DNA of 24,931 nt from Candidatus Absconditabacterales bacterium (GCA_937965925.1 CALCME010000033.1:1-24931), one strand, 5' to 3'; shown: positions 14,559 through 24,931, numbered from the stretch's first letter. Notes: generated from the sequence alone by a model not told the origin. Translations and numbers: made by a program.

Positions 14559-15539
14559 ATGAAAAAAAATGTTTTCTTCTTTACGTGAGAATGAGTATAC
14601 AACCTCAAAAATGAAATTTCACGTTGGAAAAATAGTTTTATCCAAAAGTATTGATCTCAAGGAATTTATATTTTTCGTCATGGGGAAATTGATTTTTCAC
14701 AAATGAGAGATGCCCTCTTATGATGAGGATTTTTTGCACAGAAATCATTAATTGTTGCATATGGAATTCCAAAAGACCTCACGTATTGAAAAGAAGCATA
14801 CACTTCGTCAGAAATTGAGGATTTTCTTAAAAAAAACATAGAACATATTCCATCAGATAATATTCTCATTCTTGTTAGTTATAAGCCCGATAAAAGAACA
14901 TCTGGGTATAAGTTTTTTTCAAAACAAGCAACATTAAAACAATTTTCTCCACTTAAAACTCCTGCTCTGTTGCAATTGATACATGAAAAATCTCATTGAA
15001 AATTATCTTCTTCTGATATTACCTATCTTTTGGAAATAGTATGAACTGATGCATGAAATATTGTCCAAGAGTGTAAAAAGTTGATAGCATATGCCGATTT
15101 TCATTCCAAAGAAAAAATCTCAAGAGAAGATATTGATCATATTGTCGTTCGTCATACTCAGCATGATAACTTTAAAATATTAGACACAATACTTACGGAT
15201 CCACAGAACACACTTCTCTCACTGCAAAAAGCACAAGACCAGTGAACAAATATTTTTGAACTTATGTGATTACTGTTACGATGATTAAAATTACTTATAG
15301 GAATAGCTGATCACCTAGAACAATGAATAACCTCTTCGAAGGATATTGCTTCATCACTAAAGGCTCATCCATTCGCTGTAAAAAAACATCTTAGTAAATC
15401 AGTTCAGTTAACAAAAAAAAGTAATGAGATTAAAAAATTATTTTCATATTTTTTAGAAGTAGATCGGAAAATTAAAACTGGTCAACTACCAGCAGAGTCA
15501 CACCGAGTACTTCTTAAAAAAGCTATTAGTGAAATGTAG
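14559..15539 (+). CDS. holA: DNA polymerase III subunit delta (326 aa)
   Basis: NVFFFTGEGVYNLK N-terminus, LLGGGFFAQKSLIV, KAHPFAVKK and EVDWKIKTG-type C-terminus; length typical of HolA. Confidence 0.85.
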
Positions 15540-15565
15540 ATCAATGGAAAGAAAGTGGTTTCTAT

Positions 15566-16642
15566 CTATTTATAAAACCAACTTTTCCAAAAAAGCTCTT
15601 TAAGAATTTTTAATGCGTTTGAGCTTGATTGCCCTTTTGCAAGACTATATTCAGTATAGGAGATATGTACTGGAATTTCTGTATACACAAGTCATTCTCT
15701 ATACATAGAATGAACAATATCATTCTGGTATGTAAACCCATCGGATTCTATATGTATTTTTTCTAAGATATCACTTCTATACATTCTATATCATGTCGAG
15801 ACATCAGTAAGCCAAATTCAATTAAAAATATAAGTAATAACTCTTGCTCACTGTAAAATACATTTCCTAACAAAAGGAATATTCTTTGCAGATCATCATT
15901 CAATAAATCTACTTCAAATAATAACTTCTAAAGAGCAATCTCAGTCAATTGCTCTTTCGAAAGTTTTCATATCAGCAATATTCATTTGACCGTCAGCATC
16001 ATACGTTACTCGCCGCTGAATTCAATTTTCATGGGAATTACTCTGAGCGTAAGCAAACAATGTTTTGTTTGCTGCTCATCATCATCTATTAATTAGATGA
16101 GAAAGTAAAACTATATCAGCCTCATGTTTATATTTCTTCTGTAAATTTCTAACAATATTATTTGTGCTATCTGTTGATCAATCGTCACATACTACAATGA
16201 ATGTATATCATCCTTGTACGATTTCTTCAATAACTGATCATATTGTAGACTCCTCATTATACGCTCTGATTAAAAAACCAATCGGTTTATGTTGATCTAT
16301 TAGTGATTTTTTTTGTTTAATTGGATTGGTTACAGAAAAAGCTGTGCATAATTTTGTTATTTGTAAATCCTTTTTCGTGTCAGTATTTACAAGTTCTATG
16401 TACAAATAGGTTAGAAAAATGATACTCATGTAGACAATAAGATCAGCACCACGAGCAAGTCAAAAATACTTTCAAAACGTTTCTAATGCTTTTGGAAAGA
16501 GAATAAAAAAAATTATTACTCATGTTCCTCAAGCAAAAACCATGAAATGTAAAAAATTGAACTTCCTTCTTTGAAAGAGATCAATGAAAAACAAGATAAA
16601 TACAAATCATATTATTATAACAATTACATCAAGTCGCTGCAT
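15566..16642 (-). CDS. Fusion of an N-terminal DUF2304-like membrane domain and a GT2 polyprenol-phosphate glycosyltransferase (358 aa)
   Basis: N-terminal about 95 aa: ILFP...FGKYFGLARGADLIVYMSIIFL-type DUF2304 pattern; same frame continues into IRAYNEE, VCDDGSTD, HLINRGGGAA, TYDADGQ (DxD), IGSRF, YTEYSLAKGQS. Confidence 0.88.
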
Positions 16643-16655
16643 ATCTCATATATAC

Positions 16656-16684
16656 AAAAAAAGCACCCTCTCTCAAGGATACTT
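16656..16684 (-). terminator. Intrinsic terminator after the DUF2853 gene
   Basis: Minus strand AAGTATCCT-TGAGAG-AGGGTGCTT stem (two G-U pairs) followed by a T run. Confidence 0.65.
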
Positions 16685-16723
16685 TTCTCTTAGATAAGAG
16701 TATAAAATACTAGATCTTCAGGT

Positions 16724-17080
16724 TTATTCATATAGACTATCCAGTTTTCAAAATTTGTTAGCTAATAGATAATAGAATCCACATCTCTCTTTGTTTCTAA
16801 ATTGAGACATTTGCTCAGCCACTTCCTTTATAGCTGTCATTCATTCATCTGCGTTTTCTACTCAAAGTCTTTTTTGAACAAAATTTCTCCACACTGTTTC
16901 TAGTTCATTTTTGTCAGTTCCAGAAACAAGCATTGCATCTCTATTTCAAATAACTGTTTTCATTCTGTTTACAATCTTCATAAGATTTTCATCACTCACT
17001 TCAATTCATAATTCTTGAAGCTGAGACTTAGATGCGTCAAATCTTTTTTGCATGTGCTCTTGTTCATTAATATCTGCCAT
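16724..17080 (-). CDS. DUF2853 family protein (118 aa)
   Basis: LVSGTDKNELETVWRNFVQKRLGV...RNKERCGFYYLLANKFGK matches the DUF2853 pattern (SELETVK-NFL-KKLG...RNK-R---YY-L---FGK). Confidence 0.8.
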
Positions 17081-17212
17081 AGTTCTTGAATAGAATAGAT
17101 AAAAGTACATGAACTTCATGTAGTGATCAAATCATAAGAATAGAGATTTATAGTTCAAGAAACAAATAACAAAACCCATTTATTTTAGCTTGTCAACTAT
17201 CTTGTCAATCAT

Positions 17213-18478
17213 CTAGTCGACTTCTCATCTATTTACTTGTGTAGTTTCCTCTCTGTTGCTGACTTCTACTATTTTAACTGAAAATTCTTTTTCTTGAGTC
17301 TGTATTATAATTTCATCTGATCAAGTAAGTGACAGAAGCTTCTTTCTAGTAAGTAGCTCTCATCAAGAGGAACGAAGCAACGCAAATCATTTTGACAAAA
17401 TAGAATCAACTGAATAGCTACGAATAGATCCATACATATGTTCAATACTCGTCGAGAGAAATTTCATTTTTGTTGCTACCAAAGAACTAATTGTAGGTTT
17501 CAAAAATTCTAAACGCTCACGATACATTGATAGTTTTGACTGAGCATTCCTATTAATTGTATCAATCATAATTTTCAATTTCTGTGAAAATATTGTCGTT
17601 AATGTCTGTATGTAGTATCACACATCTGTAGGCGTTTTACAGGTATGATAACAGACATGATCTAGTACTGAAGTATCTGTTGTGTGTCATACAGCAAGAA
17701 TGACGGGAACTGGGAAACGACATATTTCTTCAGCAATTGCAGCATCATTTTGCCAGAGCATTCATTCTTTTCCTCATCATCCACGCAAAATAACTACTCA
17801 ATCAAATCCTTTATGATCGGAGAAAGAGAAAAGTGATCACTGTCATTGTTCCGATCAATCTTGATATATTGAATGAATCTGCTTCAGAGAAGTAAGTACA
17901 GATTTTTTTGCAGCATTTCAGTGGACCGTTGTATCAAAAATTTGATAGGTAGAAGAAGATCACTCTTGAGCAAGAATAGATTGAAAATCTTTGAAACCTT
18001 CCGAACGTGCTGAAGTGATTATTGCAAAATGGTATGGAGGGTAACCAAACGATGTTTGCTTATTACGTTCTAGAATTCATTTACGTTTAAGTTCAAGCAG
18101 AATATTTTTTGACTGTTTTTGCAGTTGACCTAACGTGTATTCTGCTGATAACTCATGGACACGTAAACTAAATCATCGCAAATGATGAAAGGTGCAAGAC
18201 ACATACACATGGATCTTTTTTCAAAGGAGATCTTTCGTTGTTACTCAGGTTTCTTTGAGAAAATCATCTAATAAGTTAGTTTCTCGTACTATTCATGTCG
18301 TTTTGGTACGAACTGTTCAAGAGGTATCATATTCAACAAAATCGATATATACACGATTTGGATAGACATTAACTTTTACTATTTCTGCTTCAACTCGGGT
18401 AGAAAAATCATCGAACAGCTGACCAAATCAACTTTCAACGATATGCATAATCTCAGATAATGAGAGTGTTTTTTTCAT
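17213..18478 (-). CDS. xseA: Exodeoxyribonuclease VII large subunit (421 aa)
   Basis: N-terminal OB-fold region, FAIITS, VHGNAA, VILRGGGG, FPVPVILAVGHTTDTSVLD, KTPT, C-terminal ILSKGFAL. Confidence 0.93.
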
Positions 18479-18664
18479 AGATTACATCCAAAAAATTACT
18501 AGAAACAATTGACATAAACCGATAAATACTATTTCATTTGATTTTCATCTCATAACTCCTATATATACATATATAAACTGATACATCAAATCATTACAGG
18601 AGAATACATTCACATACATCTAATATACTGACATGTGAATCACATTTTTACAAACTGCTGGTGA

Positions 18665-19708
18665 ATGAATACACGTAAAACGTTACTAAGTAACATGAAC
18701 AGTTCTATTTTTTCCTTTTTCATTTGAGTTCTTATCATGCTATGACTTTTGGCATGATGCTCAAAACAGCTTTCTGCACCATCATGATTTTTTTGAATGG
18801 TGTATGATAAGCTCCCAAAACACTCTCTGGTTAGCATTGTTCAGAAAATTGAATCAACACCTTCTTTTTCAGCAAAACAACAGTATGAATCGACTCGAGC
18901 TATACTTCCAGAATTACTCGACTGATATGTTAATCAAGATTCAGAACTAACCTGAGACTTACATATTGAGGTACATTCTGAAGGAAATCACTATGATTCA
19001 TACTCATATAGTATAGATTTCGATATTCTAGCTAATTGATTCCTTTCAAAAAAGAAGAAACTCAACATACACTGAAATATACTCATTATACTCAAAGACA
19101 ATTCATTATATACCTATATAGAATCTCTTGAATATACACCTGTAGGAAATGAATTACAGTCAGTCCATCTTCGATGACTCTTACTCAAAAGATATAAAGA
19201 GACTCGAATACGTCGAGATATCCCTACTCAAATAGGTTATTTCGTCCCTACTCGACGAAAAGATCGTATCAATTCAAATATGATCTCATCGCATATGGTA
19301 TCTAATATGAGTAATGGTTGGTATGCTGCAACAACTGGAGAAACACTATGGTTGGAGGATACAATTACTGAACTAACTGAACATATCGATATAACACTAG
19401 TTCCAGAAAAACTCGCGATTTCACTTATACACGATAGTGAGGAGAATAAACAGAAGAAAAAATCATATATCACTGATATACACACAACAGGAGATATACA
19501 TATATCATCAACTTGAACAACTCAATTTTCATCATCACGTTCAGGATATACATCATCGTTCGATTGAAATATTCTGATCCCATCAGGTATAAAATCAACA
19601 CTTTCATTTGACTCAACATATACGCCAGTAAGGGTAAGTAAACACATACCCCTTCCAGTAAGTTTCATCGAATGATCAACAATATTAGTAGATCAAATTT
19701 CTAATTAA
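18665..19708 (+). CDS. Predicted lipoprotein of unknown function (347 aa; alternative start 18695)
   Basis: Basic N-terminus, hydrophobic core and lipobox LAG-C (TTG GCA TGA TGC, 18749-18760); open to TAA 19706-19708, includes track ORF 19280..19516. Confidence 0.8.
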
Positions 19709-21258
19709 GTGAGTGGTTCTAGCTCATATCATCAGGAGACATCCTTTACAGTTCGTCATTCATTCGTAATCTGTTCTCTAAGAGAATCAGCTTTTTCATA
19801 CTCTTTTGCTTTCTTTGCAGATTGACGTTGCTCAGCTAGTTCCTTAATAGAATCTGGAGCATCAACATTTTTTTGCGTAAGGACTTCTTTCACGAGATCT
19901 ATGAGTCATATCTTTAAGATAACTTGATCAAGAAGCAAAGCATCCATCGCATCTTCATGTGACGATCATGCGTGAGAATGAAGAAGCGTAAGAACCGAAA
20001 CCGTATCAAGATCATCAGCAAGAGATGCTTCTGCCTTTTTATACAAAGGATACGGGACATAACTATCCAGAAGCTTAATATCTTCTAACGAAACTTGTGA
20101 ACTAATTTTTTTTGCTAAATTTGATCTCGTTTTTTTTGCGCTTTCCATTGCTTCCCAAGAAAAATCAAGGAAGTTTCTATAATGTCAGGTCAGATAGAAA
20201 TATCTTAGGTCAAGAGCATCATATCACTTAGCGATAATACCTGGAATACTTAAATCATCTCATTTAGACTTACTCACCTTTCATCCATCAATATTAAGAA
20301 ATTGATTATGCATTCGTCGATTTACCCATTTTGAACATCATAAACTACATTCTGCTTGAGCAATCTCATTGGTATGATGAACCGTAACATGATCAATTCA
20401 TCACGTATGTATATCAATATGTTTTCATAGCTCTGCATTTGCCATTGCACTACATTCTATATGTCGTCAAGGAAATCATCTTAAACGTTCTTCTTCATCG
20501 GTTACTTCAGATCTTTTTACAAAAACAATATCTCCTTGGTAATCACTTTTCAATCTAAAATCGTTCTCATTAAACGTGTCGTCAACGACCATTGCTCAAC
20601 TCCTGTCTCCATCATACACCCATTCCATAGATCTTTGCTCATCTTTTGGTGATATTTTCCAGAGTGCAAAATCCGAGAGATTTCTTTTCTTACTCGAATC
20701 GATTTTTGCACCATCTCATCTATGATCAGAATTCATTCACTCAAAATCTAGCTGTGCAAGTTTTCCATAGTCTTGTACTTTGGAGGTATCCATATATACC
20801 CCATCTCATTCTATAACGTATGTGAATCACTTTTCAGTAAGTGCTTGTACCATATCGATCTGTTCTTGAATATATTCTGTAGCTCTTGTATACACATCAG
20901 GATGAGAAATCATCAACTCAGACATATACTTCTTGAAGTTGTTCTCATACATTCTCGCAACTTCCCAAACCGTCTTATTCTCTCTTCTCGCTCACTTTTC
21001 CATTTTGTCTTCTCATTGATCTCCATCATCTGTCAAGTGTCCAACATCAGTAATATTCATAACATGATTCACTGTATATCATCATACAGACCTAAGGGTT
21101 GATTTTAAGATATCTACAAACATATATGCCCTCATATTTCAGATATGAGGATCTCCGTAGACAGTAGGTCCACAACTATATAGCTTTATTTCATCTTTAG
21201 AAAGAGGAACAAAGAGTTCTTTACGACGAGTGAGGGTATTATACAAATGAATGTCCAT
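19705..21258 (-). CDS. cysS: Cysteine--tRNA ligase (517 aa)
   Basis: [70 protein letters not shown]. Confidence 0.97.
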
Positions 21259-21317
21259 CTAATTGAGATATCAATAATAAATTATACATGTATAGTAGTG
21301 AAAGTTCTTTATATATC

Positions 21318-21346
21318 AAAAAAGACACTACATGAGTGTCTTTTTT
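21318..21346. terminator. Hairpin terminator, potentially bidirectional
   Basis: AAAAAAGACACT-ACATG-AGTGTCTTTTTT perfect 12-bp stem, 51 nt after the stop of the 21397..21912 gene. Confidence 0.7.
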
Positions 21347-21396
21347 CTTCCCAAAAGAAAATTTATGAGATATAGTTTAGACACGATCATGGAGAA

Positions 21397-21912
21397 CTAA
21401 TCACTACAAGATTCTTGAATCTTGGTAGCATAACTTCTCGCGTATCACTCATAGACCTGTCTACTTTTTGTAAACTGCTCTGATGAAAATGATTCTAACG
21501 ATTCCAATCTCTTTTTTGCCTGTTCTAATGTCTTTACGTTCACACATTTTCAAGCATCCATTGTAGAAATCAGTTCTTTAAAATATCTTTCAAGCTCGTG
21601 TTGTTTCCTTACCTCTTCACCATTTTTCCCTGTTATGTTTCAGAGAAAGACTTCTGCTTTCTGAAGAAGAACCTCTACTCCTGCGAAGATAGATGTTTTT
21701 TCTGCAGGATGCGTCTTGAGATAGTTAAAAGCAATAACCAAAAGAATACATCATATGATAAATTCTACCATGTTCATGCGAAATCTTTTCTTCTTTTCTG
21801 CAAGACTTCATCTCATTTCTAGAAGAGTGTCATCTACATTATCTGTTTCAATATGTACTTCATTTACATTATTTTCGTTCTTTCATTCAAGAGTAGTTGC
21901 TTCCGTAGACAT
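21397..21912 (-). CDS. Hypothetical single-pass membrane protein (171 aa; possible GTG start at 21918)
   Basis: Acidic N-terminus, TM MVEFIIGCILLVIAFNYL, helical C-terminal part with two Cys; open to TAG 21397-21399. Confidence 0.8.
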
Positions 21913-21960
21913 AGACACTAATAATATAGTAAATAAACTTTAAATTTGAATGTATAGTAA

Positions 21961-22010
21961 ATTAATATTGAATTTAGACATAATTTACTACGTAGTCTAT
22001 CGCCGTAAAT
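21961..22010 (-). repeat. Copy B of the 50-bp dispersed element (core 21983-22001)
   Basis: Reverse complement ATTTACGGCGATAGACTACGTAGTAAATTATGTCTAAATTCAATATTAAT aligns without gaps to 3316-3365. Confidence 0.85.
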
Positions 22011-22133
22011 GCAATTAAGAACTTCTATTTGGTCTAAATGTAAGAGTACTTTAAACGTCTAAATTTATATGCGATATACTATAATAAATTGCAATCACAA
22101 TACTGATATTTGAAAAGAACTCAAAGAGAAAAT

Positions 22134-23288
22134 CTACCTAGTTACTCTTTTATAGTTCCCATACCAGTCATCAAAAGATCCATCTTCTATCTTCGTTTGC
22201 ATACGACGCATAAGACGATAATAGAAATCTAAATTTTGAAGCGTTGCAAGACGTTTACCAAGAAGTTCTTTTGCTCTCATCAAATGTCTTAGATATGCTT
22301 TGGAGTACGTACGTAGCTCTGGAATGATGGAATCTGGAGAGATTGGGGAGAAATCAAACTCATATCTCTTCCCAACAATACGGACACACTCATAATGATT
22401 CTCATCTACTTCAAATATCAGTGATCAATGACGAGCACTACGAGTCGGATAGACACAATCAAACAAATCGATTCATGCTGCAACACACTGCACTAGTTCT
22501 CTTGGAGTCCCGACTCATAACAGATGACGAGGCTTATGAGCTTCTAGAATGGTAGTCTGTGTTCTCACTTCCATAAGAGTTGTCTCTTCAGAGTTTGTAT
22601 TACTTGCGATTCATCAAATAGAATATCCAGGAAAATCAAATTCTTGAATAGACTCTGCATGAGCTTTACGTATGTCTGGATAATGCATTCATTGTGGAAT
22701 TCATCGAAGCATAGGCATAGATCCGTCTTTGGTATAGTCAGGATGTAAGTTCTCCCGTTCCTGTACTGCTCTCCTCATCCATCTATCAGTTCTACGCACC
22801 GAATCCCATGTCTCATTCACCGAAGGCTGTGCTGGTAAGACATGGTCTAGGATAAGCGCTACATCTGATCATAAGGTCGTTTGTATTCTCATACTTTCTT
22901 CAGGAGAAAGAAAGTACTTCTTTCCAGATCTTTCCTCACGAAACATCACCCCTTCTTCAGTTATCTTACGTAATGCTCAAAGACTAAACACTTGATATCC
23001 TCATGAATCAGTCAAGATAGGTTTATTCCATGAATTAAATGCATGTAATCATCATGCAGCATCTATAACCTTAGTTCAAGGTCTTACCCATAAATGATAT
23101 GTGTTTCACAGAATTATCTCAGCTCACAACCTAAGCATATCTTCCATAGAGAGCGCCTTGATAGCTCCCTGAGTTCCTATTGGCATAAAATTTGGCGTCT
23201 GCACAACTCCACGAGACATGGTAACCTCGCCGCGACGAGCCATCGTTTTTGTTGATTTTGCTTTGATGGTAAAAATTCAGGAAGACAT
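22134..23288 (-). CDS. tgt: tRNA-guanine transglycosylase, atypical (384 aa)
   Basis: [72 protein letters not shown]. Confidence 0.95.
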
Positions 23289-23446
23289 AGCTTATAAGGA
23301 TATACAAAGATACATAGACTAACGTATAGGTTACTTTCGGTTAGTATATATTCGAATCATAGTGATACTCAGAAGAAGAAACAAGTGATTTTCATTCCAT
23401 GTACAGTATATCTCATGTAAAGATCATCATAATATCACTTATTCTT

Positions 23447-24931
23447 CTAGTTCACAATAACCATCGCATGATGATCAATATCCAATCCATCTTCATTATG
23501 TAACATAACTCAAACGTTTACCCATGGGGCAGGTCAGAGATTTGGAGCATACGTAAAGGATCAACCACTGTCAGTGGACGTATAAAATACGTCCCTACTT
23601 CCTGCTGTATCCTCAAAACATATCGCTACCTCACTATTTGGTTGACTACTCGTTCATGCAATAACGGTTGGACTCAGATCTGTGATGACGAAGTTTTTGC
23701 TCGTATCATGTAATGGAGCATCGTCTCGGCAATATTCTATTTTACATTCTGATGAACATCAGTCATGAGAAGTGAGATTACCATCATCGCACTCTTCATC
23801 TACGTCTATAGTTCAATTTCAACAAGGAGCACAGCTCGAAGCTGGAGTCAAGAGATTTCATCCTATGATACTAAACTCTGGTGATACGGCTCATCAAGGA
23901 CAAGAATGAGTTACTCATGAACCTATTCAATAGCAATCTAAATCTTGATATCATGAAAGATGTCCTGGTGCCCAGAGGATTTCCAGGGGATCTATAGTAC
24001 ACAGAGCATTTGACATCCAAAGAATTTCTATCGGATACTTCCCTGGTTCTGGAAAGGTCACTCGGTGATATTGCTTTCGATTTCATCACGGTGATTCGGT
24101 CAACCGACTATACTCAAATAATTGATTATCTCATATAGTCAGACGTAAACCATCATTCACATGAGATCAAATAGTTCGTTCGACTGGACTTCAAGGAGTT
24201 CATGGAACATTCAGAAATCATGTAAGACGCATCGCATTCAACTGTGTAGTTTGCGTTGGTCGAGAAGCTCATCAAGGAAAATTCCCCGGTGATGTACAGC
24301 TAGGAGAAAGGTAAGAATAATCAAGCGCAGGTTGAATATTTCACGTACTACTATACATAATATCGTTGAGCGTCATATCATCTAATCTTTCTATATAATG
24401 AGGAAAATTTTCTTCGTTGTATGCTATTGGTCAAGTTGAAAGAGAGACTGCTTCTTCACAAAGTCCTATAATAACAGGCTCATCTACGAATTCTCAGCTT
24501 TTGTCTCAGGTATCAAGGATATTCTCGCACAATGTTGGGGATCATCAATCACACACAAATCCGTCATTAATAGTACAATCATTCGCACACCCATCATCAT
24601 TTTCGACATCTCAATCATCGCATTCTTCACTTCACTCCACTCTTCAATTTCCACAATAAACGGTCTCGACTTCTCCACAATATTCTGTTGCCCAGGGTGA
24701 TCATGATCCATCACCACTCGCTCTTATATAACATTGAAAATCATATGCGTCACTAGTTGGGATGGTATATAATACAGGGTTATTTGTTGTATATCGTGAA
24801 AAAGCATCTCGTGTAGTGGATGATATTGGTTTCGCTCTCATCGCATATAACTCAGCATAGGTTCCATCACACGACATCTCAACCTGATCTCACATTTCCA
24901 GTTGAGTTCAAGAAACATCTACTCATCACAA
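23447..24931 (-). CDS. C-terminal part of a large extracellular protein with two myxococcal-type Cys-rich repeats (DUF4215-like), a PA14-like domain and a terminal Ig-like domain (partial, starts beyond the window)
   Basis: Frame open from 24931 to TAG 23447-23449. CGNGRVEGSEECDDGDVENDDGCANDC (24655 down) and CGNGTIDVDEECDDGNLTSHDGCSSEC (23824 down); between them RLTGFLNVP...HVNDGLRLTIG...GKYPIEILW. Confidence 0.88.

Noticed and set aside
18633-18645. ATGTGA-A-TCACAT palindrome resembling a CRP site
   Set aside because: Spacer is 1 nt instead of 6, and short palindromes are frequent in AT-rich DNA.
21961-22010. Calling the repeated element a chromosomal dif site
   Set aside because: Only one arm resembles the XerD site, the spacer would be 7 bp rather than 6, and two inverted copies are not expected for dif; kept only as an alternative hypothesis.
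23314-23326. ATAGACTAACGTA upstream of tgt as a third copy of the repeated element
   Set aside because: Needs a 1-nt insertion, lacks the GTCTA arm and is oriented opposite to tgt.

Overview
AT-rich bacterial chromosomal window of housekeeping and envelope genes that only reads correctly with a non-standard code. TGA encodes Gly (e.g. GlmS MC[TGA]IF[TGA]Y, LEYR[TGA]YDSA[TGA]) and CGA, probably also CGG, encodes Trp (CysS PG[CGA]HIECSAM, LigA PR[CGA]AIAYKF). That combination is the one reported for Absconditabacteria (SR1, CPR). The supplied ORF track uses the standard code and is therefore mostly fragments or shadows. Re-translated by hand, the window holds about 26 CDS ending in TAA/TAG: glmS, ligA, a TM_helix/CmpX-like protein, a bPH-domain protein, lgt, a DUF4389 protein, xseB, two tandem Nudix paralogs, an Endonuc_Holl-like nuclease, a class A PBP, holA, a DUF2304-GT2 fusion, DUF2853, xseA, a lipoprotein, cysS, tgt, a partial PA14/Cys-rich-repeat surface protein and several hypotheticals. 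No rRNA, tRNA, CRISPR array or mobile element was recognised. Most notable: the double recoding, a 50-bp element present twice in inverted orientation 18.6 kb apart, a TGT lacking all four zinc ligands with an altered base pocket, a QGSLF clamp-binding-like motif in both LigA and an XseA insertion, and a GacJ-GacI-like fusion. Family calls come from motif recognition by eye, not database searches.
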